Source: the human T2T-CHM13v2.0 reference genome, Homo sapiens | DNA length: 64,000 nucleotides | Direction: 5' to 3' (one strand) | NCBI RefSeq assembly: GCF_009914755.1 | Contig: NC_060926.1 | Shown here: positions 31,241 through 45,339 of the stretch, piece after piece | Layout: every line of letters starts with the position of its first letter | Position numbering within the stretch: position 1 is the stretch's first letter | Made by a program: the position numbers and the translations under genes | The notes under the pieces: generated by a model | Seen by the model: only the letters and a program-made list of their open reading frames with translations | Told to the model about the DNA's origin: nothing | The model's database searches: none

Positions 31241-31590
31241 CAGCTTTATTGCAGTACAATTTACATACCATAAAATATACCCCCTTTGAAGTATACCATT
31301 CAGCAGTTTTTAAAATATACTCAGAGTTATGTGACAATTACCACTAATTCCAGAGCATTTTTATTACTTCCCAAAGAAATCCCATGTACGTTAGCGGTTA
31401 CTTCCCATTTTCCTTTCCCCCAGCCCCAGGCAACTACTAGTCTACATTCAGACCCTATGGATTTGCCTATTCTGGACATTTCCTAAAAATTGAATCATGT
31501 AATCTGTGGCCTTTTTGTGTCTAACTTCTTTCACTTAACAAAACTTTTTCAGGTTTCATCCGTGCTGTAGCATGTATCAGTACCTTATTT
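31241..31590 (-). mobile_element. Old L1M 3' UTR fragment
   Basis: cagctttattg...catacataaaa-like start, ggatttgcctattctggacatttc, tgtagcatgtatcagtac. Confidence 0.75.
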
Positions 31591-31747
31591 CTGTCTCTGC
31601 TCTCTTAGATAAGTAATAGTGGTAGATTAGAGAGAAAGAGCAGAAAATACTCTGTAAAAGCTACTAGTACCATAGTGCTGTGATTTTTATTTGGTGGTTG
31701 CCTGGAAACAGATGGCAAATCTGTTGTAGGCATCAGAAACTACTGTA

Positions 31748-32054
<307 letters not shown>

Positions 32055-32755
32055 TTAGGAAGTTTTTCATTTCCCCAAATGTGGTCATCATAAAGGCCTA
32101 TTGGTGGGTGTTTGGTGTCTCAGATGGTTCTATTTGTTGCCGTTATTAAATTCACTTACACAGTTAACCCCTTTGCCAGTTTTCTACCAAAGTGGACCTG
32201 TGAGAAAGTACTATCATAGGATGATAAAAGGTATAAATTTAATTTATATATAAGGCACTTGTAAAGTTATGTGTATTTTAAAAATAAAACATGTCCCATG
32301 ATAAAAGCAAACTCAGAATGACACAAAGTATATTTTTAAATTTAACAGTGCAACGCAGCTCTCTAGAATTTTATTTAACCTCCATCTTCAGTGATACCAT
32401 TCAATTTAATTTTCTAATTAGGAGAGAAAATTGATGCTAGGTAGATGTTAAATAGTTTCTTAAGTTGCATTTGATTTTTGATACCAAGTCAATTAAAGAA
32501 GATAGTTGTGATTATTAAGCTATAAATTCACCAGTAGTTTGACATGATCATATTCAATAGCAGTCCAGTGGAGAGGGGTCCAGGTGACAGCAGAGCTAAA
32601 TATTTGGTCTATGTCTAATGATTGACTTCTGAAAAAAATCATGCTTAGAAAATTATTTTTGGTTAGGTCCTTCTGGTTGTAAGGAATACAGATTCACTTG
32701 AGTTCTCTGAACAACAAAGATATGTGTGTGGTGGATATGGGGTAAAAGAAGGAGA

Positions 32756-33062
32756 GGCCGGGAGCTGTGGTTCATGCCTGTTATCCCAGCACTTTGGGAG
32801 GCTGAGGTGGGAGGATTGTTTGAGTCCAGTAGTTAAAGACCAGCCTGGCCAACATAGTGAGACCCTGTGTCTCTGAAAAGTAAAAAAAATTAGCTGAACA
32901 CAGTGGCACACACCTATAGTCCCAGCTACTTGTGAGGCTGAGGTGGGAGGATTGCTTCAGCCCAGGAGGCTGAGGCTACAGTGAGCCGTGATTGTGCCAC
33001 TGCACTTCAGACTGGGTGACAGAACAAGACCCTGTCTTTAAAAAATAAATACATACATACAA
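32756..33062 (+). mobile_element. AluJ-type element
   Basis: Diverged Alu dimer with (ATAC)n tail. Confidence 0.88.
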
Positions 33063-35524
33063 GAGAGTTATTACAAAGTTTCATGCAAATGAGCCCTGAA
33101 AAATCTATGTGACAGTGGCTGCTGTGGACCTGGAGGCATTACTTATATTTCCGATGGGCCATGCGCCTCATTCATTGGAACCCTCTGCTTAGTATCTGCT
33201 CCTCCTTGACTCAGCTCACATGTGGCTTTGGTATACTGTCATTCCAACCCCAGCTCTTGCCTATCCTTTGCCTTTTGTCCTCATTGCTAAATGACTGAAT
33301 ATCCTTGTTTCCTGTAGTTCAAATGTCTGTAAGGTTGGGTACAGAGATGGGGTTTTGATTGACCCGGAAGATCCTTTTATACCAGATCATGGCCAACCGG
33401 ATACTTAGAGTGGATACCTTCAGAAGAGGTGTCCCCAAACATTGGTGAGGAGCTGGAAGCCATATGTACAGAACACATCAGCTCCATCCATCCATAGCTC
33501 AGAGGCATCTGACTGGCAGTTGGAGGATACTGTTGGCATGCCTAATGCAGAAGAATTGTGGTGGGGTGGAGGAAGGCATTTTATAGTAGGACTTTTGGGG
33601 AAAGAGACTGGAGTATCTTGGATGATCAAGGGAAGGGCTAAATAGCCAATCTGAAGAAAGGGTGAAGGGCCCCTAGGACAACAGAAATTAAGGCTTTTCA
33701 TCTCTCCATCTCTTGTTGTTAGTGACCTTGTGTAAGTGGGCTTCTGTCTCTGCCCCTTGTAGGTAGTCTTCTAGATGACAGGAAACATGGCTGCCATCTG
33801 CTCCTGGGCTTCACTCTCTACCACCTTTCATTTTTTCTGGTTCCAGTTGGAAATATTAGGGGTGTTTGGGAGAAAGGCTGTAATTTACCAGGCTTTACTC
33901 AAATGTCTAGAGCAGTGAACTGGAGTATGGAGTGTGGAGGGACATAAGAGCATGGCAGCTCTCCCTGGAACCACATGGAACTGTTTCCCCCAAAGGGGAA
34001 AGTTTGCTGGGAAGATGACAGTAAGTAACAATGAATGTTTACGACACATTTTCAGATAGACTGATGTTCTTGATTCAGAGATAAAGACATTTTATAAAAT
34101 GCAAGGTGATGTTTACCATTGGTTGGTTACTTAAAAAAAAGGAGCCCAATAATGGACAGTTTCATTTAAGATTTTTGAATAAACAAAATTAACAAAGAGA
34201 AACAAACATTAGCGTTTCAGTCTTTAGAATATGCCTTTAACATGGTGTTTCATTTGCATTGAAGTTATTGTCTTGTGAATATGTGTGGTTGATAACTTGG
34301 AAACAGTCTATCCCAAGCTTGCATCTTTGGATTCTCAAGAACCAAGCATCACTCTTAGAGCATGACAGGTGCTTAGTACTAGAGTGCCATTCTAGATTCT
34401 TTAGCAGTACAGTGATATAAGTACTCTATTAACACTTTGTTCCTTACTCACATGTAACCTCTTTTGGGGAATAGACAATGTGTATAAAACAAGCAATGAA
34501 TTAATATGAAAGTGTTGTGATACTTCCTGAAAACCTGAATCTTAGCCTTTTCATCCTCTGGTTGAGAAATACATCTGTTTTCTACAATTCTTATTTCTTC
34601 TGTATTTTTATTAGTTAATCTTCAAGGGAATTTGCAGAGCTCTGAATTTTGACCTCTTTGCTGCAAGCCTGTGAATTTTCAGAACTCTCAGATAATGACA
34701 TCATTGACTGATGGGTACCTGTTATTGGGTGAGGCTGATAAGAATTTTGCCATTCAGGTTTAAATTTCTGCAGACGCCTTAGACTTTTTGAACATGTATG
34801 TGAAGTCGCCTTATTAGTCACAAGATTGTGTCTTTAGGCATCCTAAGAAACAGATGGACTGAAGTCGGAGATGCCGGGCCATTTGCGGGTTCTCAGCCCT
34901 TCCCTGTGTTACATGTTTACCTATTGGTTCACTCTAAGTTTGCAGGAAACCCAAGCTCTCCCCACTGCCTCCACTCTGAGCTCCAGCCCTGGCCAGGAGC
35001 CCTCTTGCCTGTATGGTTCACAGTAACCTTTCCTCTTCAAGAAACTTCCTTGGCCCTTGCTATTCTGTACCCCATGTTCTCTGTGTCTTATTAGTGTCAT
35101 GTGTGTACTTAGGTGGGTGTATCCATAGTCTCCCTCCAGCTGATGACTAAATTCCTTGAAGACAGTGACAGTGGTAACATTTGTTTCCACATTCCCTACA
35201 AGCACCTCACCTAAGTCTGAATGCACCTCTGCTTTTTATTGAGTGCTTGTCAGACTGAAGAACTCATTCATGGTCAGAGCTATTAATTATCACTTTCATC
35301 TGGGGAAAATTTCCTCCTAATTTTTGTGATACCTATTAAAGATTTCTTTGTGTTTAATAATTTTACATTAAAATGCATTATAAAATCATGTATTACATTG
35401 TACATTACAGTGCATGCATTGCAAAAAAAAGTTCAAACACTGCAGAAGTGGACAATAAATGTTTCTCTTTCCCCAAAGCCTTTCCCATCTTTCTCCCTAA
35501 AGATAATTCCTTTTAAAAGTTTGA

Positions 35525-36215
<691 letters not shown>

Positions 36216-39200
36216 GAATTTTTCTTTTCTAGTAATAAACAGAAGTAAGACCAGCTGATTGATAGAATCCTGGAGTTTAATCTTTCTCCTACCAGAATAT
36301 TTGTCTTAGATTTTCATTCTGGCAGTGTCTGTATGATGTTAACATGCTGCAATGTTAACTTGGTAGAGATGGGTTTGGGAAATTTAAGGCATTGTTTGCT
36401 AGCTTAGTAGAAGCCATTACACAGTGACTCACACGTCCTTTACTGTGGATTTGGCCCCTGCCTTCTTTTGTGCTCCAGGTATCTCACCCTAAGGTTTTTA
36501 CCCTTTTTGGTTAAAAGAACTAAAGCTAAAGATTTCTTTAGTTTTCTCTTCCTTCCTTAGGTCACTGGGATGTTTCTGGAGCTCTTCCCCCTTTGCCTCT
36601 TTACCTTCCATGTTCCTTGGATATCAGGGGCACTCAGTAGAGGGCATCTCTAAAGAAACTATCTCCCCAAGGTTGGCCTGCAGTTTGCCTGTGTTATTCT
36701 CTGTCATCATTAGCCTGGAGTACATGTTAGCAGTTGAAGTTTGAGAATTTCATGGTTAATTTTTCCAAACGTTGGCCACAGTTTTCCTGGAGAACTGTAT
36801 TGTGACAAGGACATACAGAGTATTAGGTGACTATAGTGACCAAGCAAGATAGGGAATGGAATGTTAAAATTGTAGTAGTTTATACGTAGATTACCTCTAT
36901 TTTGCTGCAACAGCCAAAGGCCATTCATCTGCCCCTCACTGTAGAGCACAAGTGGAGGAGAATGTTGTCGTCGTTTTAACTGATGTGTAATTTAAGCCTT
37001 TTTTCCTGTGGTTAATAACAACAAAAACAATCTAGTAACTTCCTAAATCCATGCCACTAGCAGCATGTTATTTAGCCAGTGTGGCTCTCCAGTTAGCTTT
37101 TACCTTTTTCTCTAGCCAGGGACATGTATTTGACAGTTCCATGGATTGCCAGTCCCAAAGCTGTTTTATATGCCGATTTTGGAGAAGTAAGCCTACAGAC
37201 CAAATCTATTAGCCCCATTATATGTCTCTACTATGAACATACACACTTTTATGCCTAGAACTGCAGAGGATTTGTGTGTGCTTCCAGCATTTGCCCTGGG
37301 CCCCTATACACACTGTCCATGGAATTATACTCATTGTCTCCAAGCATTTGAAGGAAGGCCAGTGTTAGTATGGATGCTTGTAAATAATGTAGAGGCATTC
37401 AAGACTACCTTGAGAAATACAGGATGGAGAAGAGGCGAGGCTGGAGGATGCACTTGATACTAATGTGAAATCTAAAACCCCTCACACTGAATTAACAGTT
37501 GTTCCCGTGCAGCTTTGTTTGTGCATTCATTTAATCAGTCGTAATCTTCAGGCATGCCCACATGTGGATTTTCTTTTTAACTCCCTCACATTCAGGGAGC
37601 CATTTTAATTGACATACGCAACACAATTATTGTCCGAACTGAATTTTATGATGGGGGATGATGTTTCTATGTTTTAAAAAACTCAATGGATGACTTCAGA
37701 GTACTCATGGAGATGTAACCTATAACTGACTTGTGATTTTGAAAGAAATAATTTTCAACCATTTCAGTAAGGAATATATTTTATATGGCAATATAGTACA
37801 CATAAAGGTATGTATATTTGAGAATATACATACACATAAATGTATGTTTATGGGTGTATTTGTGTGTATCCACACACATTTAAATTTCACAAAGTAGTGT
37901 TTACGTGTACCACATGAGATGCTCTGATACTTTCTATTCTATTCCATTTTTTAAAATGCTAGCATTGATCTATTAATTCAATTTTATTACATGGTGTTGG
38001 AATATCCTGTGGTAGTTAGGTACATTTCAAAGTACACCTAAGTGATCTATTTTTAAGCTTTATTAGAATGAGTGCTTATTGATTTTGTTTCATTCATTTA
38101 TTAGTGAATGAATGAGTAAAATATTTGAGTACTTAACTATGTGCCAGGCACTGTGATCGGTGGTAGAAACACAGTTAGGTGATTAAGTGAAAACAAGTCT
38201 GTGGTCAGCAGAAAAGATTTTCAGTTTTCACAGAGGAGAGTTGTTGTCAGTAGATGAAAGGGATTTCAGGCCAAGCAAGCAGTGCCATGAATGGCCTGAA
38301 CATGCATGGCTATGTCGAGATGCCATGAGAAGAGCTGCAGAAGGAGCTCAAGGCAGGACTATAGGAGTGAACGAGGAGTGCCGTGGTGCCAAAGAGTTTA
38401 GCCTTTATCCTGTAGGCCAGTGGTTTCCAGAATCTATCTCAGGAGAATTTTTATTTTCAAATAGAAAACTGTTAATTAATCTCAATATGTAAAACTACCA
38501 ACTTGGAGTTACGCTAGAAGCAGCAGAGGACCCTCCCCTAGATTTCCATCCCCAGGGGGCTCAAGGCCATTGTGACTGCCCCTGAGAACCACTGATGTGG
38601 AATTTGTCTCAGAAGGATCCCTCTGGGGACACTGTGAAGGAAGGCACAGGGAGGAACGCCATTTTAGGGGACTGTTGTGTTCTTCCAGGGAAGAAACAAG
38701 GCCCTGAAGCTGAGATTGTGGCTGAGGGCTTGAGAAAGCAGGGCCTTTTCAACTGTTGAATTAGACTTCCTAGGACATGCTCTCCAAGGGGATGGGAAAG
38801 GGAAGAGGAAGGAAGAGGAATTTGGTTTGGGTTCTGTGAAGCCTCTGGATGTTGGATGCTTGGGATAGATGAGGGTCGTGAGGTATTTTGGTCACAAATC
38901 TGCAAGGTTTCCCCTTTCTATCGTGTGGCCTCTAGTTTTTAGGATTATGTTTTTCTTAGCTCATATTTGTCTGTATTCTGTCCAGCCTTTGGAAACTGTA
39001 TGGGCCCTGAGGCTCTCTCAGTCTGCCTGTCTGAATACACTTTGGAGGTCCTCCCACTGCTGGAGCACCTGAATGTTCCTGGGTTTGGATTCAGCTATCC
39101 AGGACTGTCCATCTCGGGGCTGATGCTGAGGAAGGAAGGATGGCTTCAGAGGCCTGGAGTCCCACATGAGGTCCCTGCTCTGTCGCCTACTAGCTATGCG

Positions 39201-40773
39201 ATGGTGGGCAAGTGACTCCTTTAGGATGAGGATAATATCCACCTTATGGGAATGTTGCAGGAACTTAAAATAATGTGGAAGATTCCTAGCTCGGTGTCTG
39301 CACACAGTGGGCATGCATGTGAAGTGTTAATTATAACATTTCATTATGGAAATAAATCTTTTGAAGGGAGGGCTTCTATTTCCTCCCTGCAAAAAGGCCT
39401 TCCATATTGAGAAATATTGCATTCATGCAAGGGAAGATGAGGAGAAGCCAAGGAGGAGGCAGGAACATTCAAAAGGCACATGTTCTGATGGCCTGACGAC
39501 ACTGGGGACCTGTGGCTTTGTTTGCTGTGAAGTTTAGAGGGCATTTGTGACCCTCAGTCCTTCTCCTGGGAAGCAGGAAAAGCACCAAAAAATACTTGTT
39601 TTTTTTTTAATTAAAAAAATTAATATGGTCTTTGCATTTGTATCTTCTCTCACTGTACTTTCCTGTTTCGGATTTGCACTCAATGCACATTAAAATGATC
39701 CTGCATAATCCTAAACATTTATTGAGAGAATGATTTAATGGAAAAATACAATAAAAATATTTTAAACTTTTGATAAATTGGTCCCCCCTCCCACCCCAAA
39801 AAAAATGACTGAGGTTGGAGGAAGAGACAGATGGGAGTGGGAGATGCATGTTCTTTGGAGGGAGAGAGACATGGTCAGTGTAGAACAATCCAAGTCAGAC
39901 AGGCTGGCTCTTACCGGAAGAGGGTTGGTCCTTCATGGGGGTTATTTAGCTTTAGTGCTCTGTTCCTCTTTGTTGAGACAGCTGTAGTTAGGTATAAGGG
40001 GATAATAAAGAAGAAATATTACTAAATTCCCGGGAGGATTATTTATAATACTTAAAATGTGTGTATCACTTTCATCTTGGAGAACATTATAGAACATTAC
40101 TATAATACTAATAGAAGTCTTTGGAAAGCATTATATCCCGTGTTACAGATTTCAGTCTGAGATTTTCTGAATCAGGTTGTTGTTTACCCCAGCTTGCTCT
40201 AGTGGTAATATAAATCAGAGGCTTCTGGGTTCCAGGCAGTAATTGAAAGCTTCTGATGCCTATCTTTGACCTGCCTTTTCCAACCTTCTTGGAAATTGCC
40301 TTCCTTCACATAAGTATTTGTAGGGCTCTGAATACTCTTTAATTAATGGGGGGAAAATCTTCTACCTCTCCCTACAATTACTCCATATTAGCAAATTATG
40401 AGTAAGACTTTGAGATACCTCAGGTATCTCATTTGTGATGTCAGAGTGGTTATTGAACTTACTAAACCTTTCCCAGAAGAGCCAGACCTTGCCTAAACTT
40501 AACGAAAAGGTTTAGAGTTGAGAATCAGATACTTTTACAGGGTCATTTTTGTCTGTTTGTTTCTGACTGTCAAGCACAAGAGATACACATGACTAATTTA
40601 AAACAGGAGGCCTAAGAGACCTATTAAAAAATGTCAAACATTTATTTGTACTAAATACTACATCAAAAAGATATGGCAATATGAATAAGATATAGAGATA
40701 TAAAATATATCCTAGATAGGATTTTTGGTAGGCTATACAAACTTGAACAAAGTTTTAAAAAGGAGTAAACTTT

Positions 40774-41417
40774 TATTTTTTTATTTTTATTTTTTATTAT
40801 ACTTTAAGTTCTAGGGTACATGTGTACAACATGCAGGTTTGTTACATAGGTATACATGTGCCATGTTGGTTTGCTGCACCCATCAACTCATCATTTACAT
40901 TAGATATTTCTCCTAATACTATCCCTCCACCAGCCCCCCACTCCCCAGTAGGCCCCAGGGTGTGATGTTCCCCGCCCTGTGTGCATGTGTTCTCATTGTT
41001 CAACTCCCACCTATGAGTAAGAACAAGCGGTGTTTGGTTTTCTGTCCTTGTGATAGTTTGCTTAGAATGATGGTTTCCAGCTTCATCCATGTTCCTGCAA
41101 AGGACATGAACTCATCCTTTTTTATGGCTGCATAGTATTCCATTGTGTATATGTGCCACATTTTCTTTATCCAATGTATCATTAATGGGCATTTGGGTTG
41201 GTTCCAAGTCTTTGCTATTGTGAACAGTGACACAATAAACATACGTGTGCATGTGTCTTTATAGTAGAATGATGTATAATCCTTTGAGTATATACCCAGT
41301 ATACTGTTGGTGGGAGTGTAAATTAGTTCAACCATTGTGGAAGACAGTGTGGCAATTCCTCAAGGATCTAGAACTAGAAATACCATTTGACCCAGCAATC
41401 CCATTACTGGGTATATA
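40774..41417 (-). mobile_element. L1PA 3' end with a 5' inversion (twin priming)
   Basis: Antisense L1 3' end at 40774-41301, then sense-oriented ORF2 segment at ~41303-41417; TSD taaaa(a/c)ggagtaaacttt at 40756-40773 and 41418-41435. Confidence 0.92.
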
Positions 41418-42947
41418 TAAAACGGAGTAAACTTTCATTTAAGGAAGGATGAAGTTAAATAAGCAAAGGTACCCAGAGACCCCACTAAGTGATAGATACT
41501 AGCTGAATGCTTTATTTAACAAGCCTACTATTCTATTGCTAACCTGCCATTAGAAAAAGCTGGCAGATGGACATTAAAATCCAGCAAAACTATTTTTAGG
41601 TAACAAAGCTTTTTGATGGCATATACAAAAATGGATTCAGATGGTGGTGGGTGGGGGGCATTGTCAGTACTGTTACTGCAATCAGGAGCTCTGGGAGTCC
41701 ACTGGACTTCTCTAACTTGACTTTAGAGAACTCCATCTAGCCTCTCTGTCTCAGTGTCCTTATCTGAAAAACAAGGGGGTGGGCTGGATGGATTCTGAGG
41801 GCCCTCAGACCTCTAAGATTGTGTATATGCTCTTAGGGAGTTAGCATGCTAACGGGCTGTTGCTACCAAGGTAAGTTTTGGCATTTTTTTCCTGGTGGTT
41901 TCTGTGTACACAGTGAGACACAGAGTGTGTATTGGTACAGGGATGATAGCAACCTTTGTCCTTCTACAGGAAATAATGCCCTGTGACTCTGACTCAAGAC
42001 CTAGTCTCTTGTTAATTTTTGTTAATGTTTTATGCTTGATGAGTCAGAAATGCAGGCTCTTGTAGAGTGTTATTAACAAGAACTAGTGTAACTTTGATTA
42101 TAATCACTACAAATTACAGACCTCTTTCCTGTGTAATGATTTTTGCCATTTGCCCTTCCGTGATCTCTAATAGGCCAACTACAAGGACAATTTTTTGATC
42201 AGTAAGAACCTTGGTCTGTTGCTTCATAAGCCCTTATTATGGCAAAATTATTCGTAACAGCAAACTATGTATGTACCCACATTGACAGAATATCAGTGTT
42301 CTTTAGCTGGCTGGGCAAAGTCTAAGTGTTTCAGGATAGTTGATGATGGGGGTATCACAAAAACTTCAGAGTAAGAAAAACTTGTCTGATATCTGTTAAA
42401 GTGATCTGTATACATGTAGGCATTCTCCTGTATATGTGCATACACACACTCCTAAGTTGTGTAAATGTGTACCTGCCTGCTTGAGTATGATGCATTGCTA
42501 CTATTTCTAAACTACCAATTTATTTCCCCTGTGTTTTGAGGACTCAATCTCAAAGATGCTGACTGAAAAATAAAGTTTTTGAACAATTTCATGAAGGTTG
42601 GGTTGTCGAGATCATGAGTTCTGACTCTAATGACAACTCTGTGGGAAATGGATAAACTCTGATAAACTCTATCGCACTGCACACAAATGTGAGGCTGGAA
42701 GGCAGTACGTAATTTATGAGGCCTTTTGTTGTAAAAATGAGAGTTGGCAGGATTCCGAGTAAATATCTTTTTTCCTAAGGGTGGAAGATAGGACTTGGAG
42801 AGATCAATGTGTTGGTTGACAGCATTTGAGAATGTTTGATTTGAGCTTCAGCATCATAGGTGGGGAACATGTGGCTTTATAGATCTGCTGTTTCTTCCCC
42901 TGCCCAGTGGTGCATTCCTTGTCTTTACTGAAGTATGTTTTTAAAAT

Positions 42948-43615
42948 TCATTTTTAATGGTGGTAAAAAAAAAAAAAAAACCACATAACATAAGGTTTAC
43001 CATGTTAACCATTTTTAAATGTAACTTCAGTAGAGTTAACTATGTTCATATTGTTGTGCAGTCAGATCTCTAGACCCTTTTCATTTTGAAAAACTGAAAC
43101 TCTACACCCATTAAACAATAACTCACCACGTTCCCCTTCCCCCAGCTCCTGGCAACCACCATTCTACTTTCTCTTTCCATGAGTTTAACTACTCAACATA
43201 CTGCATGTAAGTGGAATCATGTAATATTTGTTTTTTTTCTAACTGGCTTATTTCATTTAACATGATGTCCTCAAGCTTCATCCATGTTATAGCATATGAC
43301 AGAATTTTCTTCTTTTTAAGTAATATTCAATTATATGTATATGCCACATTTTGTTTATCCATTCATCCATTGATGGACATTAGAGTTTTCACCTCTTGCT
43401 ATTGCGAATGATACTGCAATGAACATAGGAATGCAAGTGTCTCTTTGAGATCCTGCTTTCAGTTCTTTTGGATATATATCCAGAAGGGGAATGGCTGGAC
43501 CATATGGTAGTTATATTTTTAATTTTTTGCAGAACCTCCATACTATTTCCCACAGCAGCTGCACCATTTACATTCCTACCAACAGCGTACAAGGGTTCCA
43601 ATTTCTCCATATCCT
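42948..43615 (-). mobile_element. L1MA/MB-type 3' fragment
   Basis: Typical L1M 3' end; the ORF at 43389-43643 resembles the ORF2 C-terminus (KDMEKLEPLYAVGRNVN). Confidence 0.8.
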
Positions 43616-43868
43616 TTACTGAAGCTTTTAGAATGTTATTCAAAATACGATATAATGGAAAAAAGGCACCAACGTGGTCTCAAATTGTGTTTTTCTTGGT
43701 AGATGGTAATTAAAAGGGTAATGGTGATTAAGGTATCGGTGATAAAAATAGTAATGAAAAGAGGTGAGTGGAGAGGTAGTTATAGGTGAGCTTGGCAGGT
43801 ATTAGAAAAGAGCTTAGTCTTTCTCTTCTTTCTCTTCATTCTTCACCTGTCATTAAAATTCTAGTTGT

Positions 43869-44262
<394 letters not shown>

Positions 44263-45024
44263 TCAATGTATAAAACTGAGAAAAAGGATTTTTAAACAAC
44301 AAAGTTTGCTGAGGCCAACTTTGTGTATGGTTCTACACTGGGCTGGAAAGATGACATGGAAGCTGTGCTTGTACCGCATCCTGGGCTGTCATTCTCTCTG
44401 AGCTGGTGCAAGTTGGACATCAGAGAACATAAACAGATATCACTCATCTAGCACTCAGGACAGGCCTTTTGGCTCCACCTTTGTGGTGGATGCTGGAAGG
44501 CAGTGGGGAAAGGACATTAAGGTGAGTTTTCCCTGATTCCAAGCCCTGGGCCCACTTCATTGACTGGCATGAGAAATGCACGCTACTTCCTTTGTGCTTA
44601 GCTTCCTCTTCCTTCAGGTTTGCTCTAGAAATGGCAGCAGGAATTCAGAAGGCCTGCTTTCTAATCTCCAGCATGCCAGTAGCTTGCTTTGTAACTCTGG
44701 GCACACGGCTCTGTGCCTCATTTCTCATTTTTCTTACTATAAATGAGATGGGTTGGCTTAGATAGAGGAATTTTTAAAAGGAACTTCTGACACCTGTTAG
44801 GACTTTCAGCTATCATCTTCTGACTGTGAAAGATTAAGGTATGCATGAGGGGGTGTTACCTAGGCTGGCATAGGCTCTCTGAGTCACCATATGGTGCCAC
44901 CTCCCTCACAGAGTCCTTGTTTTCATCAGTGTTCAGCTTTCAAAAATGGCTAAATCATTTTTAACTGTTCCTTAAAGATACTGGGCTGGGGGTATAGGGT
45001 GAAGGTTCTGTAAGACTTGCATTT

Positions 45025-45339
<315 letters not shown>

